Assembly: GCA_000025185.1 (NCBI GenBank)
Contig: CP001848.1
Location: 1,200,001-1,232,000, forward strand
DNA from: Pirellula staleyi DSM 6068
GTDB taxonomy: Bacteria; Planctomycetota; Planctomycetia; Pirellulales; Pirellulaceae
Direction: 5' to 3'
DNA: 32,000 nt
This document shows, piece after piece, positions 8,334-16,405 of the stretch. The translations under genes were made by a program, and so were the position numbers. Position 1 is the first letter of the stretch. Each line of letters begins with the position of its first letter. The notes beneath the pieces were generated by a model, which worked only from the letters and a program-made list of their open reading frames with translations, did not search any database and was not told the DNA's origin.

Positions 8334-10001
8334 ATGAAATCAGCATCCACCAGCAGCGGCGAGTTCGATGTCGTGATTGTTGGATCGGGCGCTACCGGGG
8401 GCGTGGCGGCCATGGAGCTGACCAGCTTCGGACTCAAAACACTGGTGCTCGAAGCCGGACCAAAGCTCGACGCCACGCAAGTCGTCGGGCGCGGGGGAAT
8501 CAATCAGCTGAAGCGCGTCTATCGGCATCTGGTTTCCAATCCTCAGCCGATTCAGAAAATGCATCCCGGCTACTGGGAATGCTCCCCCGATCTGTTCGTG
8601 AGCGATGCCGAAAATCCGTACAGCCATCCGGCCGACAAGCCGTATCATTGGATTCGTGGACGCCACGTCGGTGGTCGCTCGCTTACGTGGGGTGGCGTCA
8701 CCTTGCGGCTCTCCGACTACGAATTCAAACCAGCGCAGCAGGATGGCGAAGGGGTCGATTGGCCCATTGGTCACGACGATTTGGCTCCGTACTATGCGAA
8801 GCTGGAAACCTATTTCCAAGTCCACGGCTCGCGCGAAGCGTTGCCACAACTCCCCGATGGTGAATTTCTGCCGCCGTCGGAAATGACTCCTGCCGAGCTA
8901 ATGCTCAAGGCCAGCCTTGCGGAGCACGCGCCCGACCGACGGATGATCATTTGTCGCGGCATCGGTTCGAGCCGCACGCATCGCCCCTCGCGCGAGCAGC
9001 CGTGGCCGATGCTGAGTAGTCCCGGCACGTCGCTCCGCACAGCGATGGCTACCGGACTTTGCGAGCTGCGCGATAACGCCGTGGTGCGTCATGTCGTTTG
9101 CGATCCGCACACACGCTTGGCCAGCGGCGTGGAGTTTGTCGATCGGCTGACGAAGCAAACGCATTGCGTGCGCGCGAAGTACGTCGTTTTGTGTGCTTCG
9201 ACGATCGAGACCAATCGCATCCTGCTGTTGTCGCTCCGTGAGCAGCAGCCCGGCGGGCTCGTCGATACATCGGGACTCCTGGGAACACACCTGACCGACC
9301 ACATCGCCACCGCCACCAACGTTCTGCTCCCCCGCGTGCCCCAAGCGCAGCGGCCGTTTGAACTGTTTGGAAGCGACAGTGTGCTGATCCCTCGCTTTCG
9401 TAATCTCGGAAAAAGCGATGCCCCGTTCCTGCGCGGCTATGGCTTGTGGGGAGGCATTCAGCGGTTCGCTCCCCTCCCCGATTTTCTCCGGAAAGGAGAA
9501 CCTGGCGCGACCGGTTTTCTAGCGGGACATGGCGAGGTGATCGCTCGAGCGGAGAACCGTGTGACGCTCCATCCCTCGCGCGTCGATGCGTGCGGCATCC
9601 CGATTCCGCATATCGAATTTGCGTGGTCGACCAACGAAAAGCTGATGGTGGCCGACATGCAGCAGCAGATTCGCGACCTCATCGCGATGGCCGGCGGACA
9701 CTGCCTCGACATGGCCGATATCTATCGTGTCCCGCCGCCGTTTGGTGCCCACATCGCCCGCATGGAGCAGCTGATGACCTGCTCGACACCCGGCCTTTAT
9801 GTCCACGAACTGGGTGGTGCTCGGATGGGAACGACGGAAGAGAACTCGGTCGTCGGACCGCACAATCAGTGGTGGTCGTGCCCCAACCTGCTGGTGACCG
9901 ACGGTGCCTGCTGGCCCACTTCAGGCTGGCAGAACCCGACGCTCACCGAAATGGCCATCACCGCCCGCGCCTGCCACTATCTGGCCACCCAGCTGCGCTA
10001 G
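8334..10001 (+). CDS. GMC-family FAD-dependent oxidoreductase
   Basis: N-terminal Rossmann motif FDVVIVGSGATGGVAAMELTSFGLKTLVLEAGP, and a C-terminal GMC-type region HELGGARMGT...NLLVTDGACWPTSGWQNPTLTEMAITARA. 555 aa. Confidence 0.85.
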   Translation: MKSASTSSGEFDVVIVGSGATGGVAAMELTSFGLKTLVLEAGPKLDATQVVGRGGINQLKRVYRHLVSNPQPIQKMHPGYWECSPDLFVSDAENPYSHPADKPYHWIRGRHVGGRSLTWGGVTLRLSDYEFKPAQQDGEGVDWPIGHDDLAPYYAKLETYFQVHGSREALPQLPDGEFLPPSEMTPAELMLKASLAEHAPDRRMIICRGIGSSRTHRPSREQPWPMLSSPGTSLRTAMATGLCELRDNAVVRHVVCDPHTRLASGVEFVDRLTKQTHCVRAKYVVLCASTIETNRILLLSLREQQPGGLVDTSGLLGTHLTDHIATATNVLLPRVPQAQRPFELFGSDSVLIPRFRNLGKSDAPFLRGYGLWGGIQRFAPLPDFLRKGEPGATGFLAGHGEVIARAENRVTLHPSRVDACGIPIPHIEFAWSTNEKLMVADMQQQIRDLIAMAGGHCLDMADIYRVPPPFGAHIARMEQLMTCSTPGLYVHELGGARMGTTEENSVVGPHNQWWSCPNLLVTDGACWPTSGWQNPTLTEMAITARACHYLATQLR

Positions 10002-10109
10002 CGGGGCTCGAGGGCGCTTACGCCGGACAACTTGCACGCGGCGTAACGGTATTCCCGTAAGTTTGGCTCTTTTTCCGAGCTTCAGCGGACGATTCCGCTG
10101 CTGCCAAAC

Positions 10110-10138
10110 TTGACACGGCTCGCGGCGGGCGCTAAGTT
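10110..10138 (+). promoter_or_regulatory. sigma70-like promoter candidate for tRNA-Gly
   Basis: TTGACA (10110-10115), a 17-nt spacer, then TAAGTT (10133-10138), about 55 nt upstream of the tRNA 5' end. This is a consensus-based guess, and promoter rules for this lineage are uncertain. Confidence 0.4.
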
Positions 10139-10191
10139 CGATCGTGAGGTTTGTGGCACACGCTACGAGCTGTCCACCCTTTTTGCACGTT

Positions 10192-10263
10192 GCGGCAGTA
10201 GCTCAGTGGTAGAGCGCTAGCTTCCCAAGCTGGATGTCGCGGGTTCGACCCCCGTCTGCCGCT
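10192..10263 (+). tRNA. tRNA-Gly (anticodon CCC)
   Basis: The hand-folded cloverleaf is: acceptor GCGGCAG/CTGCCGC, D-arm GCTC-AGTGGTA-GAGC, anticodon arm CTAGC-TTCCCAA-GCTGG (anticodon CCC), variable loop ATGTC, and T-arm GCGGG-TTCGACC-CCCGT. The discriminator is U and CCA is not encoded. Length is 72 nt. Confidence 0.93.
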
Positions 10264-10283
10264 CTTCGAGACCAGTTCACGCA

Positions 10284-10318
10284 GGACCGTTGTCAAACTC
10301 TGACAGCGGTCCTTTTTT
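10284..10318 (+). terminator. rho-independent terminator of the tRNA-Gly transcript
   Basis: A 12-bp stem, GGACCGTTGTCA-aactc-TGACAGCGGTCC (one G-U pair), followed by TTTTTT (10313-10318). Confidence 0.85.
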
Positions 10319-10799
10319 GTTGCACATATGCAACTTTGCCTGTCATCGAGCGGCGGTCGATCACCACCAGCGGTTTGTTGAGATGAACAATGAGCAGCGC
10401 GTCTCTAAGCGTGATGCTCTCGACGGGCGATCGGAGCTGGGCGTTTTTGGTATACCGTTATCGCATTTTTCGTGAATTCTTAACGGTTTTAGCGGCGTGT
10501 GTCGGCCGCTTTTTGTGTATCCCTAGAATTAGGGTTCGCCGACGCGCGAGATTGATTGCAGCCAGTCCCAGCGGAAGTCCGACACTTGTCATAGCCAAGC
10601 AGTCGAGGCCTTCTACAGGGATAGGAAGGCAGGTCCTTTTCTCGTGGCGAAAGGCCTCGGCTGTTTGGTGGTTTCTTACGCCCCAGAATTGCCCGCGATT
10701 TACGTCCGATTTCTTGCGCAGTTTCTTTCGCGCAGTTTGTAAATGGCAAAGGGGTTTTGCAATCCGCAGTGTGTTGCGCCCAGAGAATTACGCGGCGCC

Positions 10800-11999
10800 C
10801 TACTGCTGCGCTGGGGTGGGGGTCGAGAGCTGCTCGATGCCGATGGTGAAGAGAGGTTCGTCGGGACGACGCGCGGCACCGGCACGAAGAATGGCGAGCG
10901 CTTGCTCGGTTTTTCCTTCCGACGAGAGCTTCAGTACCCAGGCACGAATCACGTGCAGTTCGTTGGCCAGCAGCGGCGCATAGCGCGGGGCAATCGCAAG
11001 CCCTTCGTGGATCCGGGTCAGCGAGGTTTCAAACTCCCCCTCGCGCACCAGTTGCAGCCCCCAGTTGTTGAATGTCGCCAGTTGATTCTCTAGCGCGTCC
11101 TGATCGTCGGGGTCGAGTTGCCGACTGATCTTCAGCGACACAAGCGCCCGCTCATACCGCCCGTCAGCCAGGTGCATGATCGCCTGGTTGTAATGAATCT
11201 TGGCGATCAGCTGATCGTCGGTGAGGGTGCGCCACAATTTGGTTTCGGCTTCCTCCGCCGCGCTCGATTCGCCAGCGACAAGGCCACTCTTTCCTGCAGA
11301 AGCATCCCCTCGGCTGGCAAGGGTCATCGGCAAGCTGATCAGCTGCGACTGCGGTTTGATCGTCGTTTCGAGGAGCACGGCGGGATCGTGTTTCAGTCGC
11401 GCCAGCACATGTCCTTTGAGCGAGATCACTTCCAGCTCGACCTGCTGCGAGCGGGCCAGCGCCACCAGCAAGATCGTGGCGGAGACGCAGTTGAAATCGC
11501 CCCGATCAATCGTCGCTTGGATGTCGCTGGTTTTGGCATCGTAGCGCCCCACCAGCAGTTGCTGGTGTAGTTGCTGCAGCAGCTTGAGGGCCACATCGGC
11601 GGGGGGAAGTGGCTGGCCATTGCTGGCAAGCAGTGGCTGTTCGGCCCGGGCCGCCTCGGCGAGCGACGCAAACCGCTCGACGAGCGTTGCGCGGGCACAG
11701 GGGTCGCGATGTCCCGAGGCGATCAGTGCCCCGTCGATGATCGTCAGCGGCCCCGCAGCTGGGGCAGGTTGCTCTTCGGCACTAGCCACTGGCGCGAGCC
11801 AGCCGCTCATCACCCCGCCAATCACCAGCGCAAGCCCCACCATCACTCCCCGGAGCGCAACGCCGCCACACCAAGCGTGCGGCAATAGTTCGGCTCGTGG
11901 TTCGCGAACAACCATGGTGATGGCGCCAGCGGAGTGCGGCGATCGACAGATCGTCACACGAGGTAGTTTGCGAAGAATAGCGAAGATATCGAGGGGCAT
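10800..11999 (-). CDS. membrane-anchored transglutaminase-like (SirB1/YchA-type core) plus TPR-repeat protein
   Basis: N-terminal TM or signal anchor (VALRGVMVGLALVIGGVMSGWLAPVASA). The segment GRYDAKTSDIQATIDRGDFNCVSATILLVALARSQQVELEVISLKGHVLARL matches the transglutaminase-core-2 pattern (Cys ... GH). The C-terminal half is helical-repeat/TPR-like (IHYNQAIMHLADGRYERALVSLKISRQLDPDD...). The start may be ATG 11999 or ATG 11915. Confidence 0.65.
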   Translation of the reverse strand: MPLDIFAILRKLPRVTICRSPHSAGAITMVVREPRAELLPHAWCGGVALRGVMVGLALVIGGVMSGWLAPVASAEEQPAPAAGPLTIIDGALIASGHRDPCARATLVERFASLAEAARAEQPLLASNGQPLPPADVALKLLQQLHQQLLVGRYDAKTSDIQATIDRGDFNCVSATILLVALARSQQVELEVISLKGHVLARLKHDPAVLLETTIKPQSQLISLPMTLASRGDASAGKSGLVAGESSAAEEAETKLWRTLTDDQLIAKIHYNQAIMHLADGRYERALVSLKISRQLDPDDQDALENQLATFNNWGLQLVREGEFETSLTRIHEGLAIAPRYAPLLANELHVIRAWVLKLSSEGKTEQALAILRAGAARRPDEPLFTIGIEQLSTPTPAQQ

Positions 12000-12189
12000 T
12001 TTCCCCGATCACTTCGGACCCCGCAGAGGGGGTCTCGCAATCATGCGCTACCGCTTATTTTTTGCTTGGCGCAGGCTGCTCGGATTCGCGAAATGCAGCC
12101 GCCGTCGCAAGCGGACGTAGCGGTTTTTCCAGTGGCGATAGGTTAGACTAAGTAATGTCGCCAACTGCGGTTACGAGCGGCCCCTCCCT

Positions 12190-12765
12190 TTGCTTACCCG
12201 GACACAAGAGCCTGTGCTTAGATCAGCGGTTGCGACGGCCAGCGCGATACTCGGGGCGAGTTTTCTGCTCTTCGCCGGGTGCGGCAGCCGATCGACAACC
12301 ATAGATCCCCCGCCACAGTCTGCAGGCGAAGGGAACGAGGCTGCGGAAGTGCGGCCGACAGAGGCACCTCCACAGCAGTCGACCGATCCGCAGGAGCCGG
12401 TCGCGATCACGTTCGAGGAACTTGATCTCGGCATGGAGCCCGATAGCGTGTATCAACCCTGGATGATGACACAGCGTGTCGAGTCGCTGGCTGGTCGCCG
12501 GGTCCGAATCACCGGGTTTATGTCGGGAGCTCTGCTGCAACTCAACAACGTGAAAGAGTTTCCACTCATGCGCGAGCAGGAGTGCCCGTTTGGTGTCGGT
12601 GGCCAGGCCCATCATGTTATTATGGTGGAGCTGACTGGTAAGTTACGTACCTCGTACAAGACAGGACCAGTAACGGTCGAGGGTATCTTTTCGATTAAGC
12701 CTTTCACTGGCCCCAACGGAAAGACATGGGCTCTCTACCACTTGGCTGGAGAACGTGTGGAATGA
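12190..12765 (+). CDS. lipoprotein, paralog 1 (uncharacterised ~120-aa C-terminal domain)
   Basis: Lipobox LLFAGC in AILGASFLLFAGCGS. The start is TTG 12190 or in-frame GTG 12214. The C-terminal domain ITFEELDLGMEPDSVYQPWMM...RVRITGFM...KEFPLMREQECPFGVGGQAHH...VEGIFSIKPFTGPNGKTWALYHL is paralogous to the next gene. Confidence 0.8.
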   Translation: MLTRTQEPVLRSAVATASAILGASFLLFAGCGSRSTTIDPPPQSAGEGNEAAEVRPTEAPPQQSTDPQEPVAITFEELDLGMEPDSVYQPWMMTQRVESLAGRRVRITGFMSGALLQLNNVKEFPLMREQECPFGVGGQAHHVIMVELTGKLRTSYKTGPVTVEGIFSIKPFTGPNGKTWALYHLAGERVE

Positions 12766-13472
12766 ACCTTAACCATCACAACCATTGTGCTTGGGTGACG
12801 CTAACCAGCGCGCTGCTCATCGGGGTCGCGCTCGTCGGATGCGAGACCACCACCGTGCCTCTCACACCCGCAACAAACCCAGCGGCCAATGCCACGGCTG
12901 AGCCCACAGCAGTCGCCAGCGATCCAATCGCATCGACGCCCGCCGCCACTCCAGCTCCCACCATTCAAACCACGTCGGCGGAAACACCAATCGCCGAGAC
13001 TTCGAGCGCCGAGAAGCCCGCGACACCACCCAGCGATGGTCCTCCCACTGGAGCCGCCACCAAGCCCCTTGCTGATCGAACCCCTCGTCGCCCCGGCGAG
13101 CCCGAGAAGATCACCTTCGATGATCTGATCATTGGCATGCAGGCCGATATCGTTTTCCGCCCGTGGATGCTCACCGATCGCGCCAAAGAGCTCGAGGGAG
13201 AACGGGTCATCATCTCCGGCTTCATGCATGGTGGCGTCGAGGATATCAACAAAACTAAAGAGTTCGTGCTGCTCCGCAATTTGGAGTGCAAATTTGGTCC
13301 TGGCGGCCAGGCCGACCACCTATCGCAAGTGGTACTCAAACCGGGTACCTTTACTCGCTATCCGGGGAAGACCACCATCCGTGTCGAAGGGACGATTAAA
13401 CTCGCTCCGTTTGAAGGACCTGATGGAAACACCTGGTATATCTATCGCCTTGAAGATGCCGTGATGAAATGA
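12762..13472 (+). CDS. lipoprotein, paralog 2 (long Ala/Thr/Pro linker plus the same C-terminal domain)
   Basis: ATG 12762 overlaps the upstream stop (ATGA at 12762-12765). The signal peptide has lipobox VALVGC. A ~90-aa A/T/P-rich linker is followed by ITFDDLIIGMQADIVFRPWML...RVIISGFM...KEFVLLRNLECKFGPGGQADH...VEGTIKLAPFEGPDGNTWYIYRL. It is about 45% identical to paralog 1 by hand alignment. Confidence 0.8.
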   Translation: MNLNHHNHCAWVTLTSALLIGVALVGCETTTVPLTPATNPAANATAEPTAVASDPIASTPAATPAPTIQTTSAETPIAETSSAEKPATPPSDGPPTGAATKPLADRTPRRPGEPEKITFDDLIIGMQADIVFRPWMLTDRAKELEGERVIISGFMHGGVEDINKTKEFVLLRNLECKFGPGGQADHLSQVVLKPGTFTRYPGKTTIRVEGTIKLAPFEGPDGNTWYIYRLEDAVMK

Positions 13473-13478
13473 GCCGCT

Positions 13479-14840
13479 ATGACGAGCCTGCCCGGAAACG
13501 ACGATTCACGTTCCGGCTCGCATCGCTCGTCTCTTTCGCAAACGCACTCTTCCCAATCCCTTTGGCTCGCACAACTCAATGGTGGCGTTTGGGGAATCGG
13601 TAACGGACTGGTCAGCACCACGCTGATTCGCTACCTGTCGCAAGACCTCGGGGCCGATGGTCTGGCCACCGGACTGATCATCGCCAGCCCCAATCTGTTT
13701 GGGGTGTTTCGCGCGTTCGCGCCGACAATGCTTTGGCTTGCCGGTTCGCGCAAACTGATGGCCATCGGCATGCTGCTACTGAGTAGCCTGCTCCTTATTT
13801 CTCTGCCACTCTTGGCCTGGCCCGATGTGCTGCCGAGCAAAACCTTCTCGCTCGTGGTGCTGATTTCGCTCTGGGGTTTGTGGCACTTCACGATGTTCCT
13901 CGGGGTGATTGCGCTCTACAGCTGGGTCGGCGATCTTTCGCGCGGACGAGGGCAATCGACGTTCTTTGGCGCGCGACAAACGTGGCTCGTCGGTGGGCAA
14001 GTGATGGGAATGTTCTCCGCCGCGCTAATCGTTGGCGCGATCAGCCGCTCGATGCCCGAACTCACGCGCTGGCAACAGCATGTGCTTCCCGCCATGCTAG
14101 GCGGTTTCATGATGCTGCTCTCGGTCCTTCCGCTCTGCTGGATGAAGAGCATTCCGCTCGATTCTGCGAAGCTCAGCTCGACGTTTCAGTTCTTTAAGCC
14201 ACTGTTTGATCCGCGTTATCAATCGCTTGTGCTCTTCTGGTGCGTCGCGGGGATTGCCAATGGCGCGGCGGCCTCGGCGGTGGGGCTCTATCCGATTGTC
14301 GTCGCCAAATTGCCGGCGAGTCGCGCGCTGAGCTTCGAAGCCACGATGCTACTAGCGCAGATGATCATCGCGCCACTCTTGGGCGCTTGGATCGATCGCC
14401 GTGGAAGCCGCGTCGCCATGATGGTGAGCCAGGTGTTTGTGTCGCTGGCGCTCGGGTTTTACTTGCTCGCCAGCAAGGAACAGAACTTCTGGATCGGCGG
14501 AGCGTATCTGTTTTGGATTGCGTATGTCGGGCTGAATGTGGGGCTCTATCAAGCGATGGTTTCGCTCTCCCCCTCCGGAAACAATCCACTTTATATCAGC
14601 ACGTTTTTGGCGCTCGGCGGACTCTGCAACGGCATCAGCTCGTCGGTCTTTGGTTTGATCTTCGACTTGCTCCCGCGCACCGCTGAACCGCTGCTGGTGA
14701 TCGGCTCAGTAGGGCTCGATCGATTTCAGCTCTTCATTGTGGTGGGAATCGTTTGCCGACTCCTCACCACCGGTCTGCTGTGGCGATTGCCGAAAGATAC
14801 TGGGATCACCATTCCCGCTGGCGAAACGCTGGGCGCGTAG
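13479..14840 (+). CDS. MFS-type transporter
   Basis: 453 aa with about 12 hydrophobic helices arranged 6+6 around a central loop (..KSIPLDSAKLSSTFQFFKPLFDPRY..). It starts 6 nt after the paralog-2 stop, so it is probably in the same operon. Confidence 0.8.
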   Translation: MTSLPGNDDSRSGSHRSSLSQTHSSQSLWLAQLNGGVWGIGNGLVSTTLIRYLSQDLGADGLATGLIIASPNLFGVFRAFAPTMLWLAGSRKLMAIGMLLLSSLLLISLPLLAWPDVLPSKTFSLVVLISLWGLWHFTMFLGVIALYSWVGDLSRGRGQSTFFGARQTWLVGGQVMGMFSAALIVGAISRSMPELTRWQQHVLPAMLGGFMMLLSVLPLCWMKSIPLDSAKLSSTFQFFKPLFDPRYQSLVLFWCVAGIANGAAASAVGLYPIVVAKLPASRALSFEATMLLAQMIIAPLLGAWIDRRGSRVAMMVSQVFVSLALGFYLLASKEQNFWIGGAYLFWIAYVGLNVGLYQAMVSLSPSGNNPLYISTFLALGGLCNGISSSVFGLIFDLLPRTAEPLLVIGSVGLDRFQLFIVVGIVCRLLTTGLLWRLPKDTGITIPAGETLGA

Positions 14841-14854
14841 AGCGCAACAAAATT

Positions 14855-14891
14855 GCCGCGCGCGACCATTCCACAAGTGGTCGCGCGCGGC
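14855..14891. terminator. bidirectional terminator hairpin between convergent genes
   Basis: A perfect 14-bp GC-rich stem, GCCGCGCGCGACCA-ttccacaag-TGGTCGCGCGCGGC. On the minus strand it is followed by AATTTTGTT, which fits an intrinsic terminator for the 109-aa gene. It lies 15 nt after the MFS stop on the plus strand. Confidence 0.75.
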
Positions 14892-14930
14892 ATCAAGCGT
14901 TTGTCGTCAGTCGCGCTAACCGAGAGCGCA

Positions 14931-15260
14931 CTAGCCGAGGATGTCGGGGCTGCTGACTTCGACGGTCGGCGCTTGCATACGGCGGCGCGTGCGGCGAGCC
15001 GTTTTGGCACTCGACCATTCTTTGGTCAGCGTCTCGAAAACTTCGGGCGACTCGTACCGGACCACATTTTTGCCTTCTGGCATGGGTCCGATCAGCCCTT
15101 TGAAAACCGGAAGACCACGGAGCGCCAAGTCGGTGCTACAGTCGTCGATTCCGATCTGGGTATGACTTTCCATCAGCGGCGCGGTCGTGGGATAGTCACG
15201 AATGCGCAGCGTTCCGTCCGAAGCGCGTGTGACCACGCGCACGGTGCTCTTGAGAGCCAT
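14931..15260 (-). CDS. hypothetical protein (109 aa, basic C-terminal tail)
   Basis: ATG 15260 is preceded by AAAGGA 7-9 nt upstream. Codon usage is GC3-rich like neighbouring genes and the amino-acid composition is balanced (MALKSTVRVVTRASDGTLRIRDYPTT...KTARRTRRRMQAPTVEVSSPDILG). The overlapping plus-strand ORFs are Arg-rich. I recognise no family. Confidence 0.55.
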   Translation of the reverse strand: MALKSTVRVVTRASDGTLRIRDYPTTAPLMESHTQIGIDDCSTDLALRGLPVFKGLIGPMPEGKNVVRYESPEVFETLTKEWSSAKTARRTRRRMQAPTVEVSSPDILG

Positions 15261-15451
15261 CGGTATGTCCTTTGTCGCAAGGCGGCCCGACCAGGAATTC
15301 CTGATACGCGCCTACGGCACAATCACCGCCTCGAATGAAGGCGAGTGTTCAAAGGATGCTATCGACCGATATGCCGGCAGCAGCGCAGTTCATTTTTCCC
15401 CCGCGCCCCAAGAGCTAGAAATCACATAATCCGAAAGATCGATTATAGATG

Positions 15452-15579
15452 TTATAAGACAACCAGCGATCACCCGAACTGAAGAGCGCGCAGGGGTTCG
15501 CCTTCTAACACCTTTAAGGCTTATAAGACACGAAACGACCCAAGAGCGTTCGGGTTATAACGGCTATAGCTCTTCTAAC
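15452..15579. repeat. two-unit ~70-nt periodic repeat in an AT-rich intergenic region
   Basis: An exact 10-mer, TTATAAGACA, occurs at 15452-15461 and 15521-15530 (offset 69). An exact 8-mer, CTTCTAAC, occurs at 15502-15509 and 15572-15579 (offset 70). The interior is degenerate (ACCC..AAGAGCG..GGGTT shared). Local GC is about 38-45%, against about 58% for the window. Confidence 0.6.
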
Positions 15580-16112
15580 TACGCTTGCAACTCTTGATCG
15601 GCAGTTTCGCTTCGCGCTGCAGCGGCAGCCAAGGCGGGAATGCAGCTGAGCAGCTGCTCGAGGGCCAAATAGAGATCGGTGCTCGTCACCACGCCAACCG
15701 GCTGTCCGGCGACAACCACCGGCAAGCAGCTGATGCCTTCGTCGACAATCAGCCGCACCGCTTCCGAAAGAGGGGTCGTGGGATCCACCACCACCAGGTC
15801 TTCGCTCATCAATTCGCCAGCAGTGATTCCGGCCAGGTAGTTCCGTTCGGGCGATTCTTCCATGCCAAACAGCCGACCGATATCGCGATCGCTGATCACT
15901 CCGACCAGCGTGGTGCCTTGCGTCACCAGCAAATGCCGAAACCGTTTGCTATCAAAGAGTTCCACCAATTGCATGGCCGTGGCATCGGGATCAACGCAAG
16001 TGGGACCGGGGGTCATGATGTCGGCTGCGGTGAGCTTTTGCAGCCGGTTTTCGCTAAGCGTTCGCTGGAAAACTGCATGCAATACGCGTCGTTTTAGCTG
16101 AGCACGATTCAT
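15579..16112 (-). CDS. CBS domain pair protein
   Basis: Two CBS motifs: LTAADIMTPGPTCVDPDATAMQLVELFDSKRFRHLLVTQGTTLVGVISDRDI and ITAGELMSEDLVVVDPTTPLSEAVRLIVDEGISCLPVVVAGQPVGVVTSTDL. ATG 16112 is preferred; the ORF is open up to 16163. Confidence 0.85.
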   Translation of the reverse strand: MNRAQLKRRVLHAVFQRTLSENRLQKLTAADIMTPGPTCVDPDATAMQLVELFDSKRFRHLLVTQGTTLVGVISDRDIGRLFGMEESPERNYLAGITAGELMSEDLVVVDPTTPLSEAVRLIVDEGISCLPVVVAGQPVGVVTSTDLYLALEQLLSCIPALAAAAARSETADQELQA

Positions 16113-16376
16113 CGGTTCCGCTCTTTGATTCTGCTGTCCTTTGAGCCTGCTGCGGGCGACCACCGAAGAAGAGGCTGGCGGTCGCGTGTCGAGTAGCAGG
16201 CTCGTGCGAGTGATCCGTCAAGAAAACCTCGATTAACCCTAGGTCACGCCCGGAGGCGGAGCAAAAGTAACCGAGCCGAGCCGCTTGCCACCTCAAGGGG
16301 ATACACCGCTCGGCCCAGCCCTTCCACCGACACACTCGCTACATTCCCACCCACTCACCCCGACCGGCGCGGCTCG

Positions 16377-16405
16377 TTGACGCTGCGTAGTGGCTGTGTT
16401 AGCTT
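16377..16405 (+). promoter_or_regulatory. sigma70-like promoter candidate upstream of icd
   Basis: TTGACG (16377-16382), a 17-nt spacer, then TAGCTT (16400-16405) with TG at -15/-14 (extended -10). This would give a leader of about 230 nt. It rests on a consensus match only. Confidence 0.3.

Noticed and set aside
10390-10983. 197-aa ORF downstream of tRNA-Gly
   Set aside because: It is Arg/Cys/Ser-rich, overlaps the 3' end of the 399-aa minus-strand gene by 180 nt, and has no SD or motif.
10192-12000. Possible genomic island integrated at tRNA-Gly
   Set aside because: There is no integrase or recombinase, no direct repeat of the tRNA 3' end downstream, and flanking genes have host-like composition.
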